Origin: a virus | Taxonomy: Duplodnaviria > Caudoviricetes | Length of the DNA: 47,975 bases | Strand: one strand, 5' to 3' | IMG/VR virus record: IMGVR_UViG_3300031912_000021 | Span: 1-47,975 of that record | Shown: piece by piece, positions 33,072 through 42,400 of the stretch | Numbering within the stretch: the first letter of the stretch is position 1 | Layout of the letters: each line of letters begins with the position of its first letter | Made by a program: the position numbers and the translations under genes | The notes under the pieces: generated by a model | What the model was told of the DNA's origin: nothing | Databases searched by the model: none | Seen by the model: the letters and a program-made list of their open reading frames with translations, nothing else

Positions 33072-35486
33072 TTATTTCCCGGCTTTCAACTTGACTAGAT
33101 GATTTACAAGCTCTTGGAGTTGAGCGGTGCTCAATTTTGTACTGGACTCAACTCCAAACTTCTCTTTCATTAACGCCTTCCGATCAGCATCGGACATCTT
33201 CAACTCTTTAATCAATCCCCTAGATCTGTTCTGGAGCACCCTAATCTCCGGATCTTTAACCGGAGGTTCAACCTTCCCCGGTCCTTCAGTCTTAGTTTCG
33301 ACAGGTTTTTTTCCACCGAACGCGCCCTTCAGAACCTCACCCCAATTTTCCCCAGAGGACAAGAGTTTATTGTTGAACTCCATGACCTGCTCAATAGTCC
33401 AGTCACTTCTCATCCTCTCGATATCCGCATTGGGTACGCCAACCGACTGAAGTGTGCTTAGAAGTACGTTCTTCTTTTTAGAAGATATTTCGGCTTCAGT
33501 GGTTTTAGTTCGCTCATCCCTCTTCTCAACTTCTTCGGCCAACTCCTTCTTAGTAAACGGGCGCCCCGGGAGCTCCTCACTCCCGAACGGCAAATCCTCC
33601 CGCCGTTTAGCGATATCCCGCTCCTCTGCTAATTTCTTAGTTTTCAGCTCCGCTACTTTGCCCTTAACACTCTCATAGACGTCATCGGGAATATCTCCCC
33701 CAATCAACCTTCTATGGGCATCTTGCGCATACATCTTTAGAAGATTCTGTCCCCCGCCGACATCCTCTCTAGGAAATTCTTTAGACGATAACCCTCTAGC
33801 TATCTCCCGAGCTACAGTTGTCGCTGGATCTTCTTCTGCACTATCAGCCAACTCACTAGAAGTGATCTTTTCTCCCGGCGCCTTTTCACCGAGGAACTTC
33901 TGACCTCTGTTAGGATGTCTATCTCCTAACAGTTTCTCACTTTCTAGCCTCTCCATTATTCTCTTTGCTCTTCCCCAACCGGCAGGCTTATCAGCCCAAT
34001 TTTTAGACCATTTCTGAATTAGTTCATTGCTGACATATCCATTCTCCGCAGCCTTCTTTATAACATTGTTATAGAGAGTGTCATCAGGATGCTTGACCGT
34101 CTCAGTTTCAACAGGCTTAGTTTCCGGCTCAACGGGTTTTACTTCAGGCTCAACAGGTTTTTCTTCAGGTTTAACTTCAACAGGTTTAACTTCAACAGGT
34201 TTTACTTCAGGCTCAGGCTTAACTTCATCAGGTTTTACGTCGGGAGGTTTAGCACCAGGAGGCTTGACAGGACCAGGCTTCACGGGAGTGAACGGCCGCT
34301 CTTTAAGATCCACGTTTTCTTTCTTTACTTTCTGAGCTTCAGCAGCTTTAGCTTCCTCAGCTTTGCGTAACTTCTCTTGCAGCTTTCCTTGAAGTATATC
34401 TCGATTATCTTCGTTATAGCCTTGTTCTTTCAACCATTGCTCGAATCCTGCTGGAGTATTCTCTTCTCGAAGAACAGAACCCATATAGTCCGTTGGACTA
34501 ACGTACTTTGGAGATTGACCTGGTGTATATTTCGAATATGGACCAGCTACCGGGCGCCCGTATAAAGTCTCCCCTGTTGGGGCTGGAGGTGGTTCTGGTG
34601 GTTTGGGAGGAGGAGTCTGATCTCCGTATTTCCAGAAACTAGGCCCAGTCTCGCCCGCCGCTCTCATGGCGCGGCCCTTCCTAAATCCACTGATAGCCCC
34701 TTCAATCGAGGGATATAGAGCACCTGCTAATCCAGCGATTTGTGCTCCAGTCTCCCCGAACGGATATCTAGCCGCGAGAGCAGCACCCAATCCCGTCACT
34801 CCCGCAACAGGCGCTCTTGGGAATTCCATACCATGAATTTTGACTGGAACTCCGCTAAAAGGATTCGCGCCTTTGACGGCCTCTCGCAGTTCCACGGGAG
34901 CGTACTTTGCCCCCATTGGAGCAAATAGCTCTGTCGCGCGCGCCGCCGCTTGCTGACCCATGCTCGGAGGAACTTCAGATTCGGTTAACTGGCCTCTCTC
35001 CTTCTCCTGTTGAGCTTTCCTATGCGCGGCTGTGGTCCCTACATCCTCACCGATGGATGCTGCCATTGGCCCAACAAACGGAGTCATCGCCGCATATCTT
35101 CCAGCCTTCTCTACTGGACTTGTAGCTTCCTGAGCTTTTCTATATTGCTCTGCCGATTGCTCCCAAACACTCTTAGGTAAGTCATGGAAGAAATAAGATA
35201 GGGGATTCGTTATTACTTGGTATCCTTGCGACGCAGCACCCCCAATTATGTCCTTAGCTAAGGTTTCAACATAACCTGGTCCAGAACTCTTAGGAGCTTG
35301 AACTTCTCCTTGTGGCTGACCAACTCTGAACTTCGTTCTTGCTTTGTTAACGTAGTCAGATTGAGTCTTGGGGTCTAGTTTACCAAAAGCACTATTAGAC
35401 CGTAGGATAGGAAGGATCTCACTAATTGGTTTCTTGAGAAACTCAGGGTTTTCCAGGGTATCAGCCAAACTGACTTCATCTGCCAT
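33072..35486 (-). CDS. Large putative ejection/internal virion protein with KPVE repeats, FtsK-gamma-like and GemA/DUF1018-like domains
   Basis: Last gene of the virion arm. Hydrophobic GLGAALAA segment; DDTLY...GWGRAKRIMERLESEKLLG; C-terminal MSDADRKALMKEKFGVESSTKLS. Confidence 0.65.
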   Translation of the reverse strand: MADEVSLADTLENPEFLKKPISEILPILRSNSAFGKLDPKTQSDYVNKARTKFRVGQPQGEVQAPKSSGPGYVETLAKDIIGGAASQGYQVITNPLSYFFHDLPKSVWEQSAEQYRKAQEATSPVEKAGRYAAMTPFVGPMAASIGEDVGTTAAHRKAQQEKERGQLTESEVPPSMGQQAAARATELFAPMGAKYAPVELREAVKGANPFSGVPVKIHGMEFPRAPVAGVTGLGAALAARYPFGETGAQIAGLAGALYPSIEGAISGFRKGRAMRAAGETGPSFWKYGDQTPPPKPPEPPPAPTGETLYGRPVAGPYSKYTPGQSPKYVSPTDYMGSVLREENTPAGFEQWLKEQGYNEDNRDILQGKLQEKLRKAEEAKAAEAQKVKKENVDLKERPFTPVKPGPVKPPGAKPPDVKPDEVKPEPEVKPVEVKPVEVKPEEKPVEPEVKPVEPETKPVETETVKHPDDTLYNNVIKKAAENGYVSNELIQKWSKNWADKPAGWGRAKRIMERLESEKLLGDRHPNRGQKFLGEKAPGEKITSSELADSAEEDPATTVAREIARGLSSKEFPREDVGGGQNLLKMYAQDAHRRLIGGDIPDDVYESVKGKVAELKTKKLAEERDIAKRREDLPFGSEELPGRPFTKKELAEEVEKRDERTKTTEAEISSKKKNVLLSTLQSVGVPNADIERMRSDWTIEQVMEFNNKLLSSGENWGEVLKGAFGGKKPVETKTEGPGKVEPPVKDPEIRVLQNRSRGLIKELKMSDADRKALMKEKFGVESSTKLSTAQLQELVNHLVKLKAGK
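34095..34290 (-). repeat. Degenerate VKPVE/PEVKP coding repeats
   Basis: ttaacttcaacaggt units; protein PVKPGPVKPPGAKPPDVKPDEVKPEPEVKPVEVKPVEVKPEEKPVEPEVKPVEPETKPVE. Confidence 0.8.
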
Positions 35487-37141
35487 TACTTTAACCCTTT
35501 CAGAACATCCTCATCAGATTTCTTTTTAGGAGGTTCGGGTTTAGGGGCTTCTGCTTTTGGTCCAAGATCTCCAGTTGCTCTACCTTTGATGGCTGCAATA
35601 GATTGTTTTGCATTTTCCACAACCGTATCAAGGCGCCCTTGCAAAACTGGCATCCCCTGTTCTGGTTTGGCCTCAACATCGCTAAACGCATCGAAGATCG
35701 CGCGCGTGACTCGGCCAGAGGCTAAAGTACCCAAGTCACTAGCATATATGAATTTGAGATCCCCAACGAACTTCGTAAATTCTCTCTTCTCCTCATCGTT
35801 GCTCCCTGGAATTGGAGTACCGGTTATAGCAGCATCAATAGCCTTCCTGAGTTTCTCTGGATCTTGCTCAGTGGGACCAATACCAGCCTTTAATAATAAC
35901 TGATTAACTCTACCTTTCCAGGCTCCAATATTCTTCACTATTAATGGATTGTTAAGAGCCTCTCTAACCGACTTCACATAATTGCCTACTTTGATGCCAT
36001 TATCCATGATCCTAGTTTCATAGGTATCCATCTTGGTTTCTGGCTTGATGCCTTCAGACTGCATCCATGAGATAGCCTGTTTCTTCAGATTAGGATTAAG
36101 ATCGTAGATTATCTGACCATTTTGTTTAATGGCTTCTTTCGTGTAATCATCTAGTGTATTTAGATTCTTAAAGAAGTCGAACCTCTCCCTCGATAGGGCA
36201 TATTTCTGAACATCCAACTGCGCCCTCATTCTCGATTCATCGGTCTGCTGAGATTGCTTTGCTTTATGAAATACGTTATAAATGGTGTCATCTGGTAATA
36301 ATCTCCAGTCTCCCCGACCATACTGATCAAGTAACCCTTTCTGCCGAGCCATATTCTCTAATATACCTACTGCTTCATTAGTTTCCTGCTTAGGTGGAGC
36401 CGGGGGAGCGCCCGTTGTCTCGACCGCACCTTCTGGCATCCCCGGAGCTGGTCCCCACTTGTGAGCGACAGGATCATATTGCATAATTTGCGGTGCCTGT
36501 CCAGGAGCTGACACATTTCTGACTGAGGGTGCAGGTTCTCTCGGTTGATTTCTGTAATGTTCCGGATGCAACATTTGATCTTGCCATCTAGCTATTTGGG
36601 CTCGATTCTTTTCAGCTTCCACTCCCTTATAAGCAGACTCCAGACCGAACATTCTATTCTGTTGTTCGATTTGCTCTAACTCCCGCATATTCTGGAGCGC
36701 GTCTTTGTACTGACCCTGCCTCAACGATTCCCGAACTTGCCACTCTTTTTTCTGCCGCTCAAATTCATTCTTGCCAGTGATCTCCCCCGCGACATCCTTT
36801 CCAATCTCATAATGCCCAACACCCGCCAATCCCCCGAATATCCCCGCTAATATTCGCTGCTTGGTCGAAACGGGCGCGCGCGTCGGGTAGGCAATGGGAG
36901 TCGACAAGCCCTTGACCTCCTGTTGAGCTTGTTGCATCTGTGGAGAAAGCTCGGGCGCAGGCTGTTGATTCTGCGTTATCTGGCGTTGCAATCCTAGATC
37001 AGGATGGAACGCAGTATCAACAACATGAGAACCGAGATAGTTCAAACTAGGAGCAAGGAACGCGCTCCTCCGATACGGCTCCCGTACCCAAGGAAGCAAA
37101 TCCAATCCCTGATCTTGATCTTGATCCTGATCGTCAGCCAT
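35486..37141 (-). CDS. Putative ejection/internal virion protein
   Basis: 551 aa with a hydrophobic ILAGIFGGLAGVG segment and Q-rich coils. TAATG coupling at both ends. Confidence 0.55.
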   Translation of the reverse strand: MADDQDQDQDQGLDLLPWVREPYRRSAFLAPSLNYLGSHVVDTAFHPDLGLQRQITQNQQPAPELSPQMQQAQQEVKGLSTPIAYPTRAPVSTKQRILAGIFGGLAGVGHYEIGKDVAGEITGKNEFERQKKEWQVRESLRQGQYKDALQNMRELEQIEQQNRMFGLESAYKGVEAEKNRAQIARWQDQMLHPEHYRNQPREPAPSVRNVSAPGQAPQIMQYDPVAHKWGPAPGMPEGAVETTGAPPAPPKQETNEAVGILENMARQKGLLDQYGRGDWRLLPDDTIYNVFHKAKQSQQTDESRMRAQLDVQKYALSRERFDFFKNLNTLDDYTKEAIKQNGQIIYDLNPNLKKQAISWMQSEGIKPETKMDTYETRIMDNGIKVGNYVKSVREALNNPLIVKNIGAWKGRVNQLLLKAGIGPTEQDPEKLRKAIDAAITGTPIPGSNDEEKREFTKFVGDLKFIYASDLGTLASGRVTRAIFDAFSDVEAKPEQGMPVLQGRLDTVVENAKQSIAAIKGRATGDLGPKAEAPKPEPPKKKSDEDVLKGLK

Positions 37142-37623
37142 TATGGACCTACCATTTCTTCTTCATCTTCTAGCAAGCTGGTATAAGGACTGTAGGCTTT
37201 CGCGCGAATTGACATCGGGTAAAGAGGGAGGAATTGTGACGCGGCGACTTCATCAGCCCCGGATATCGGAAGCCCAAACCCACCCTCAGACCCAGGCATG
37301 TCCATCGATCCTCTTAAAATTAACCCGGACTGATCTCTGATTCCCGGATCACCACTTGCTAGATATGGAACAGACTGCCCTTGAGCGTTAATCGTAGTCT
37401 GTCCAGGAGCTTGATTACCTTGACCCCTACCGCTTATTCGTTGGAATACTTGTCTAAGACCAGCTAACTGATCGGGGCTGAGTTGAGGAATATCTTCCTG
37501 TTGTTGACCCTTTCCTTGCATTGAGAGCATCGCGGGGCTATATGCGCTCTGCATCATTGCAGATATTGCTTGGTCAACCATATTGACTGGGGTATAATTT
37601 CCCTGTTGAGTTATTAGTGGCAT
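37141..37623 (-). CDS. Putative internal virion protein
   Basis: 160 aa, Q/G-rich, within the ejection cluster. Confidence 0.55.
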   Translation of the reverse strand: MPLITQQGNYTPVNMVDQAISAMMQSAYSPAMLSMQGKGQQQEDIPQLSPDQLAGLRQVFQRISGRGQGNQAPGQTTINAQGQSVPYLASGDPGIRDQSGLILRGSMDMPGSEGGFGLPISGADEVAASQFLPLYPMSIRAKAYSPYTSLLEDEEEMVGP

Positions 37624-37625
37624 AT

Positions 37626-38711
37626 TTAGCCCTTTATTCCAGCGGCCGCCGCGCCAACTCCCTGACCAAGCTCCGCAATATCCTTGAAGATCTTGTCAGT
37701 CAAGCCAGGTTGAGAGGACAAATTAGCAAGGACTTGACTTGCTGACAGTGACGTACTAGCGTCTAGACCAATGCTCTGCAAGATCTGGTTAATGTCACTA
37801 GCAGACTTACCAGCGAACATATTGAACAGGTTAGCCATTTGAGCATTAGCCGACGTTACACCACCGGCAACTCCAGTCTCCAAACCTGCCGCCTGACCGA
37901 ATCCCTGTTGTCTCCCTGCCGCTAATCCAGCCTGTTGAGTCGCTTGTTGACCCAATCCTTGCATTTTTAAAGCTGCCTGCTGACCAGCAACCCCACCCAA
38001 TATACCAGCCCCAGACTGTGCTAGTTTAGCCACGTCAGATTCAGTCATCTGCAAGCCACCTAGACCTGCTAACTTATTGGCCGTTATCTGTTGTTGCAAT
38101 CCTGATCTAGCAGCAATATCAGCCTGCGCGGTCGATTGCGCGCCCTGTCTCGCCATCTGTGAAATCGCGGCCGCGCCCGATCCACCTCCCTGCTGTGCCG
38201 CTTCTCGAGCCTCCGCGCCTAAGACGCTATAAGCTCCACTGACCCCTGATGTTGCTGTATTGAGATAATTAGAAATGTCCTGAGGAGTGAATCCTCCAGA
38301 CTGAGCCATGCTCGTATAGCCCTGTCTAATGTTGGATAGACTCGTCGGGTCATAGGTAGCTCCACTCCCTGATACGACCTTCGCCAGTAAAGTCGGGTCA
38401 AATCCACCAGTCGTAGTCGCGCCCTGCGTGTCGCTGTACAGATTAGCCCACTGCGCGGGATCGTATCCTCCCCACTCCGTTAAGCCTTTTCCTTGACCCC
38501 TCAAGTACTGAAGTTGTGTAGGATCAAATCCACCCGAAGCTTGACCCGCCGCCGTCCCCGACATCGCCATTCCCCCGGCTATATCGGCACTAGCCTGATC
38601 GAGGTTGTAACGACCCTCTAACCCCGTCGTTACGGGAGCTAGCGCGCCAGTGATCCTATTGGCTGTGCCCGAGGCCAAGTTACCACTTAAATTCTTATTA
38701 GTGTTGCCCAT
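37626..38711 (-). CDS. Gly/Ala/Gln-rich DNA pilot/ejection protein
   Basis: Repeats GGFDPTQL, GGYDPAQW, GGFDPTLL, ATYDPTSL, GGFTPQDI; amphipathic C-terminus. Confidence 0.6.
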   Translation of the reverse strand: MGNTNKNLSGNLASGTANRITGALAPVTTGLEGRYNLDQASADIAGGMAMSGTAAGQASGGFDPTQLQYLRGQGKGLTEWGGYDPAQWANLYSDTQGATTTGGFDPTLLAKVVSGSGATYDPTSLSNIRQGYTSMAQSGGFTPQDISNYLNTATSGVSGAYSVLGAEAREAAQQGGGSGAAAISQMARQGAQSTAQADIAARSGLQQQITANKLAGLGGLQMTESDVAKLAQSGAGILGGVAGQQAALKMQGLGQQATQQAGLAAGRQQGFGQAAGLETGVAGGVTSANAQMANLFNMFAGKSASDINQILQSIGLDASTSLSASQVLANLSSQPGLTDKIFKDIAELGQGVGAAAAGIKG

Positions 38712-39072
38712 TATGCTTCCACATTAGAGAATGACCTATACGGTAATCGAAACCAAAATGTTGAACTAACACATTGGCAAAGTCCCTGTTAGGGGTATAG
38801 ACATGAGTCTCCGTTATTCCCTGATTCAACCCCATTCTTATTAGCCACGGAGTTAACTCTCTTATAGCTTCCAACTTTTCACGCTGTGAAAGCTTCCTGT
38901 CTAAGATGAGGGAAAGCTCACTAGATTCGTGAACCCAAAACGAACCCTGGAGCTTTCCCCCTGTCTCGACCGATCCACTGATGAGCGCGCGTTTCCCCCG
39001 GAGATTATCAACAGGGAAAGTCGCACTGCTCTCCAATGCGGCAAGATCGGCCAAGGTGAATCCCCTGATCAC
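38698..39072 (-). CDS. GNAT-like virion assembly protein (T7 gp13 / P22 gp14 position)
   Basis: MIRGFTLADL N-terminus and VQHFGF C-terminal motif; directly before the ejection genes. Confidence 0.5.
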   Translation of the reverse strand: MIRGFTLADLAALESSATFPVDNLRGKRALISGSVETGGKLQGSFWVHESSELSLILDRKLSQREKLEAIRELTPWLIRMGLNQGITETHVYTPNRDFANVLVQHFGFDYRIGHSLMWKHNGQH

Positions 39073-39401
39073 AGTTGTTTCTGGATCGCCGTCTCTGTCG
39101 CCGTCTGCAAGCTTGCATCGTCGATGGTATCCCCTAGTGCTTGGACGTTGGTATCACCGACTACCGCTGGAGCAAATCTTGCCGCCGCCATATCGGGATT
39201 CATCATGGTCTGCTGCGCCCATTGGTAACGGGTGTTGTGCGCCGCCACGGTTGGCTCCTCGCCCTGGATGTAGCTCGCGAAGTGCAGACAGGCCACCTTG
39301 ATGCGCCCGCGAAAACTCATATCGTTCATGAGTTGGGCACTCGAATCGTAGTCGAGCGGCCCCGGAAAATTGCTCTTGGCCGCTCCTTGCATAGGTGTCA
39401 T
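39069..39401 (-). CDS. Hypothetical protein (tail-fibre associated)
   Basis: 110 aa; AGGAGG RBS; follows the fibre gene. Confidence 0.65.
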   Translation of the reverse strand: MTPMQGAAKSNFPGPLDYDSSAQLMNDMSFRGRIKVACLHFASYIQGEEPTVAAHNTRYQWAQQTMMNPDMAAARFAPAVVGDTNVQALGDTIDDASLQTATETAIQKQL

Positions 39402-39416
39402 TTCTAAGTTCCTCCT

Positions 39417-42400
39417 TTAGGAAATTCTCAGCGAACCGCCAATGTAGAGTTGCAACGAAACTCCGTTGGAAAACGCTCCCATCGTGATCTTGATGGAAGT
39501 CCCACTATTGCCTGAAGCGATGACTGCCTGATTCTGGGTTCCCGAACCCCACGCCGCGTAGCAGGTTACGTTATTGGCATCCGCGACGGCTGTTACCGGC
39601 AAAGTGAAGTTTATAGCCCCCGAATTGGCCGTCATCGTGACCACGAAAACGATCTGGATAAAAAGTATCGATCCGAAAACAACATAATGCGCGGTAAGTG
39701 AAGAGGTAGCCATCGCTGTGCCGACGTTATCGGTGACGGTCGGCGTATAGGATAACCATGCGCCCGGTGCGCCGCCCGTCGATAAAGCCACGCCATTCAC
39801 GCGATAGGTGCCGCTGATGTTGCAATCTCCGGTCACATCGAGCGCATAGGCGGGAGCTGCTTTGTTGATGCCCAGATTGCCGCTCGGCAAAATGACTAAT
39901 CTACTAGCAATGTTTGTGTCGTCGTGAATCTCGAATGCATTAGTCGTAAAGTAACTGTTCGAGATCGTAAAGTTCGTAGTCCCGCCATTGATAGTAAGGC
40001 GGGTTCCTCCACCCGCCGCATTATTTACTCGCAGGCCGATGCCGCCCAGGGAGCCATTACCGAGGTCGAGCGTGTATGCGGGACTCACCGTCCCGATGCC
40101 CACATTCCCGCTTGGCAGGATGGTCACATTGGCTAAATTGTTGGCTCCCAAAATCAGCGGCGCGTTCAGCACATTGATGACATAACCGTAGTTGGGGCCG
40201 TGATAAACACTCGCGGATTGAGATGCCGCGTCCTGACCGATGAGCAAGCCATAAGACGCTTGGGAAGTGGTGACATTTATACCAGTGTTCCCATTGGGTA
40301 CGCACACTTCCAATCGGGTTACTGGTGCGGAGCTTCCAATGCCCACGTTGCCATTTCCCGCACCCAAGATCCGCATACGCTCGGCCCATCCGCCCGCAGT
40401 GGTGAAAGTGCCGAAAACAAAATCATTCGTGACCGCCGCCCCCGGCAGACTGTTGCCTAGACAAACCGCATTCGCGTTTGCCGTCGTCGCCGCAAATTGA
40501 ATGACACCACCTGCTCCCGCCTGCCCCGCGCCCAGATAGATTTGACTTCCGCTCCCCGCCGCAGTCTGCAAACGGAGTTGAGTCGCATTGTTGCTCAGAA
40601 TATCGAGTTGATAAGCCGGACTCGCCGTCCCGATTCCAACTAGACCGTTGGTCAGAACTGTCATGCACTCGTTTGATGTGGGACCGTATAAGGCGAATCG
40701 GTTGAAGGACGGACCAGATGCTGCATCCAAGTTACCGCGATTTTGAAAAAACCAATTCTGGTTATTCGACTGAAGCAGCACTTGAGCAATACCGGTTGCC
40801 GTACTCGTCAGGGTGGCAACACCACTTCCTCCGTGGACATCTAAATTTGCTCCCGGGTTTGTCGTCCCAATGCCCACGTTACCGTTGCCCATGATCCGCA
40901 TACGCTCCACGTTCGCCGTGGCAAAAACCATCGGAGCATTAAAGTACTGGACGATGGCCGCGTTATTTGGACCGCCATATCCAGACACGGGCGCGGATGC
41001 TCCGTAAGACTGAAAAACCAGCCCCCACTGGTTGTCCGTAGCGGCGAGATTCAATTGGAAAGTTCCCGAATCCACGACGTTCAAGCGCGCGCCCGGCGTG
41101 ATTAAGCTCCCAATGCTGACCTGTTGATTGAAGTTTATTCGCATGGCCTCAAGAACGCCGCTCGCATTTTTGGTGCCCAATGCTAAGCCCGCGTTATAGG
41201 CAGTGTCCTGAATGTAGGACTCAATGTAAGGCTGAACGTCCGTGCCTGCGAATGCGGCGGCTGGACCCAGGCGAAGCCGCATTTTATTGGTTACATCGGA
41301 ACTTCCGCTGGCATTGATAAAGGTCACGTTCGCTCGTCCGGTGCCTATCGTCTGCGTCACGTCGAACGCGCTCGTTGCCGTCGCTGGCGCGGTGACCTGG
41401 AGCGCCGCAAGCGTGCCATTGCCTGCTGTCTGTCCGATGAGTACTTGCCCCGCGCCCGTAAGCCGCATGCGCTCCGCCGCGCCCCCGCCAGATGCGGTGT
41501 AAAAAATTAGATTCGCATAAGCTGCTGTCGCTCCCCAATTTTGCTCGACTAGGCTTGAGATTTGGGCACCCGTGGTCCAGCCGTTAGTGGAGGTATAGCC
41601 ATTGAATATATGACGCCCAAGAAAATCATTTTGCTGCGAAGGCGTCGGCGCGGCAGAGGTTCCTCTAGCCGAATTGCTGGCAAAGGTCAATCCATACCCT
41701 TGACTAGAGCTATATGAATATCCCTGTAAAATCGCTTGGATTGCGCCATCCCCGGAGATTATGTTGACGGTCTCTGCACTTCCAGGAATTGCATTGAATG
41801 CCGCACTGGAGGTGTTAAATGTTGCAATATTCAATAGTGTTGAAAAATCTCCCGCCGTCGCGGTGTTCGCCCTAAGATAGATTGCAAAGGCATCAGGAAC
41901 GATTTGATATCTTCCTGCTGGAGCCGTCGATCCTAAAGACGAAATGTTAATGTATGCGTAAGGATTTCCCTGTATGTCCAAACTAACGGTAGGCGAAGAG
42001 GTTCCAATACCGATCCGGTTGACGTTGAGTAACTTGTGATTCGCCGCGTCCTCATCAGCAACCCAAGGACTCTGGACTCCTGAAAGCGCATTGGGACTTA
42101 CCCAATTGATGCCCATCGCGGCTACGCTGTTCGCCACCAATACCTGACCGTTGGTCCCAACTCCCAACCTGCCAGTTACAGTGGAACCTCTGACGATCAA
42201 ATCTCCCAGCGTCGTCGTCGGATCGTTCATGCCAGTTGAGGTGATGGCAGTAGTCTGCACCGTCCCATCGGGGAATACGATCCCGCCCGTTAAACTTTTG
42301 ATCTTGCCGTTGACCTGCACCATCTCCACGCCGTCATCGGTGTTTGTCCCGACCAGTAAATGCTTGCCCACTGAAACCCGCATCGCTTCCACATCGGCAA

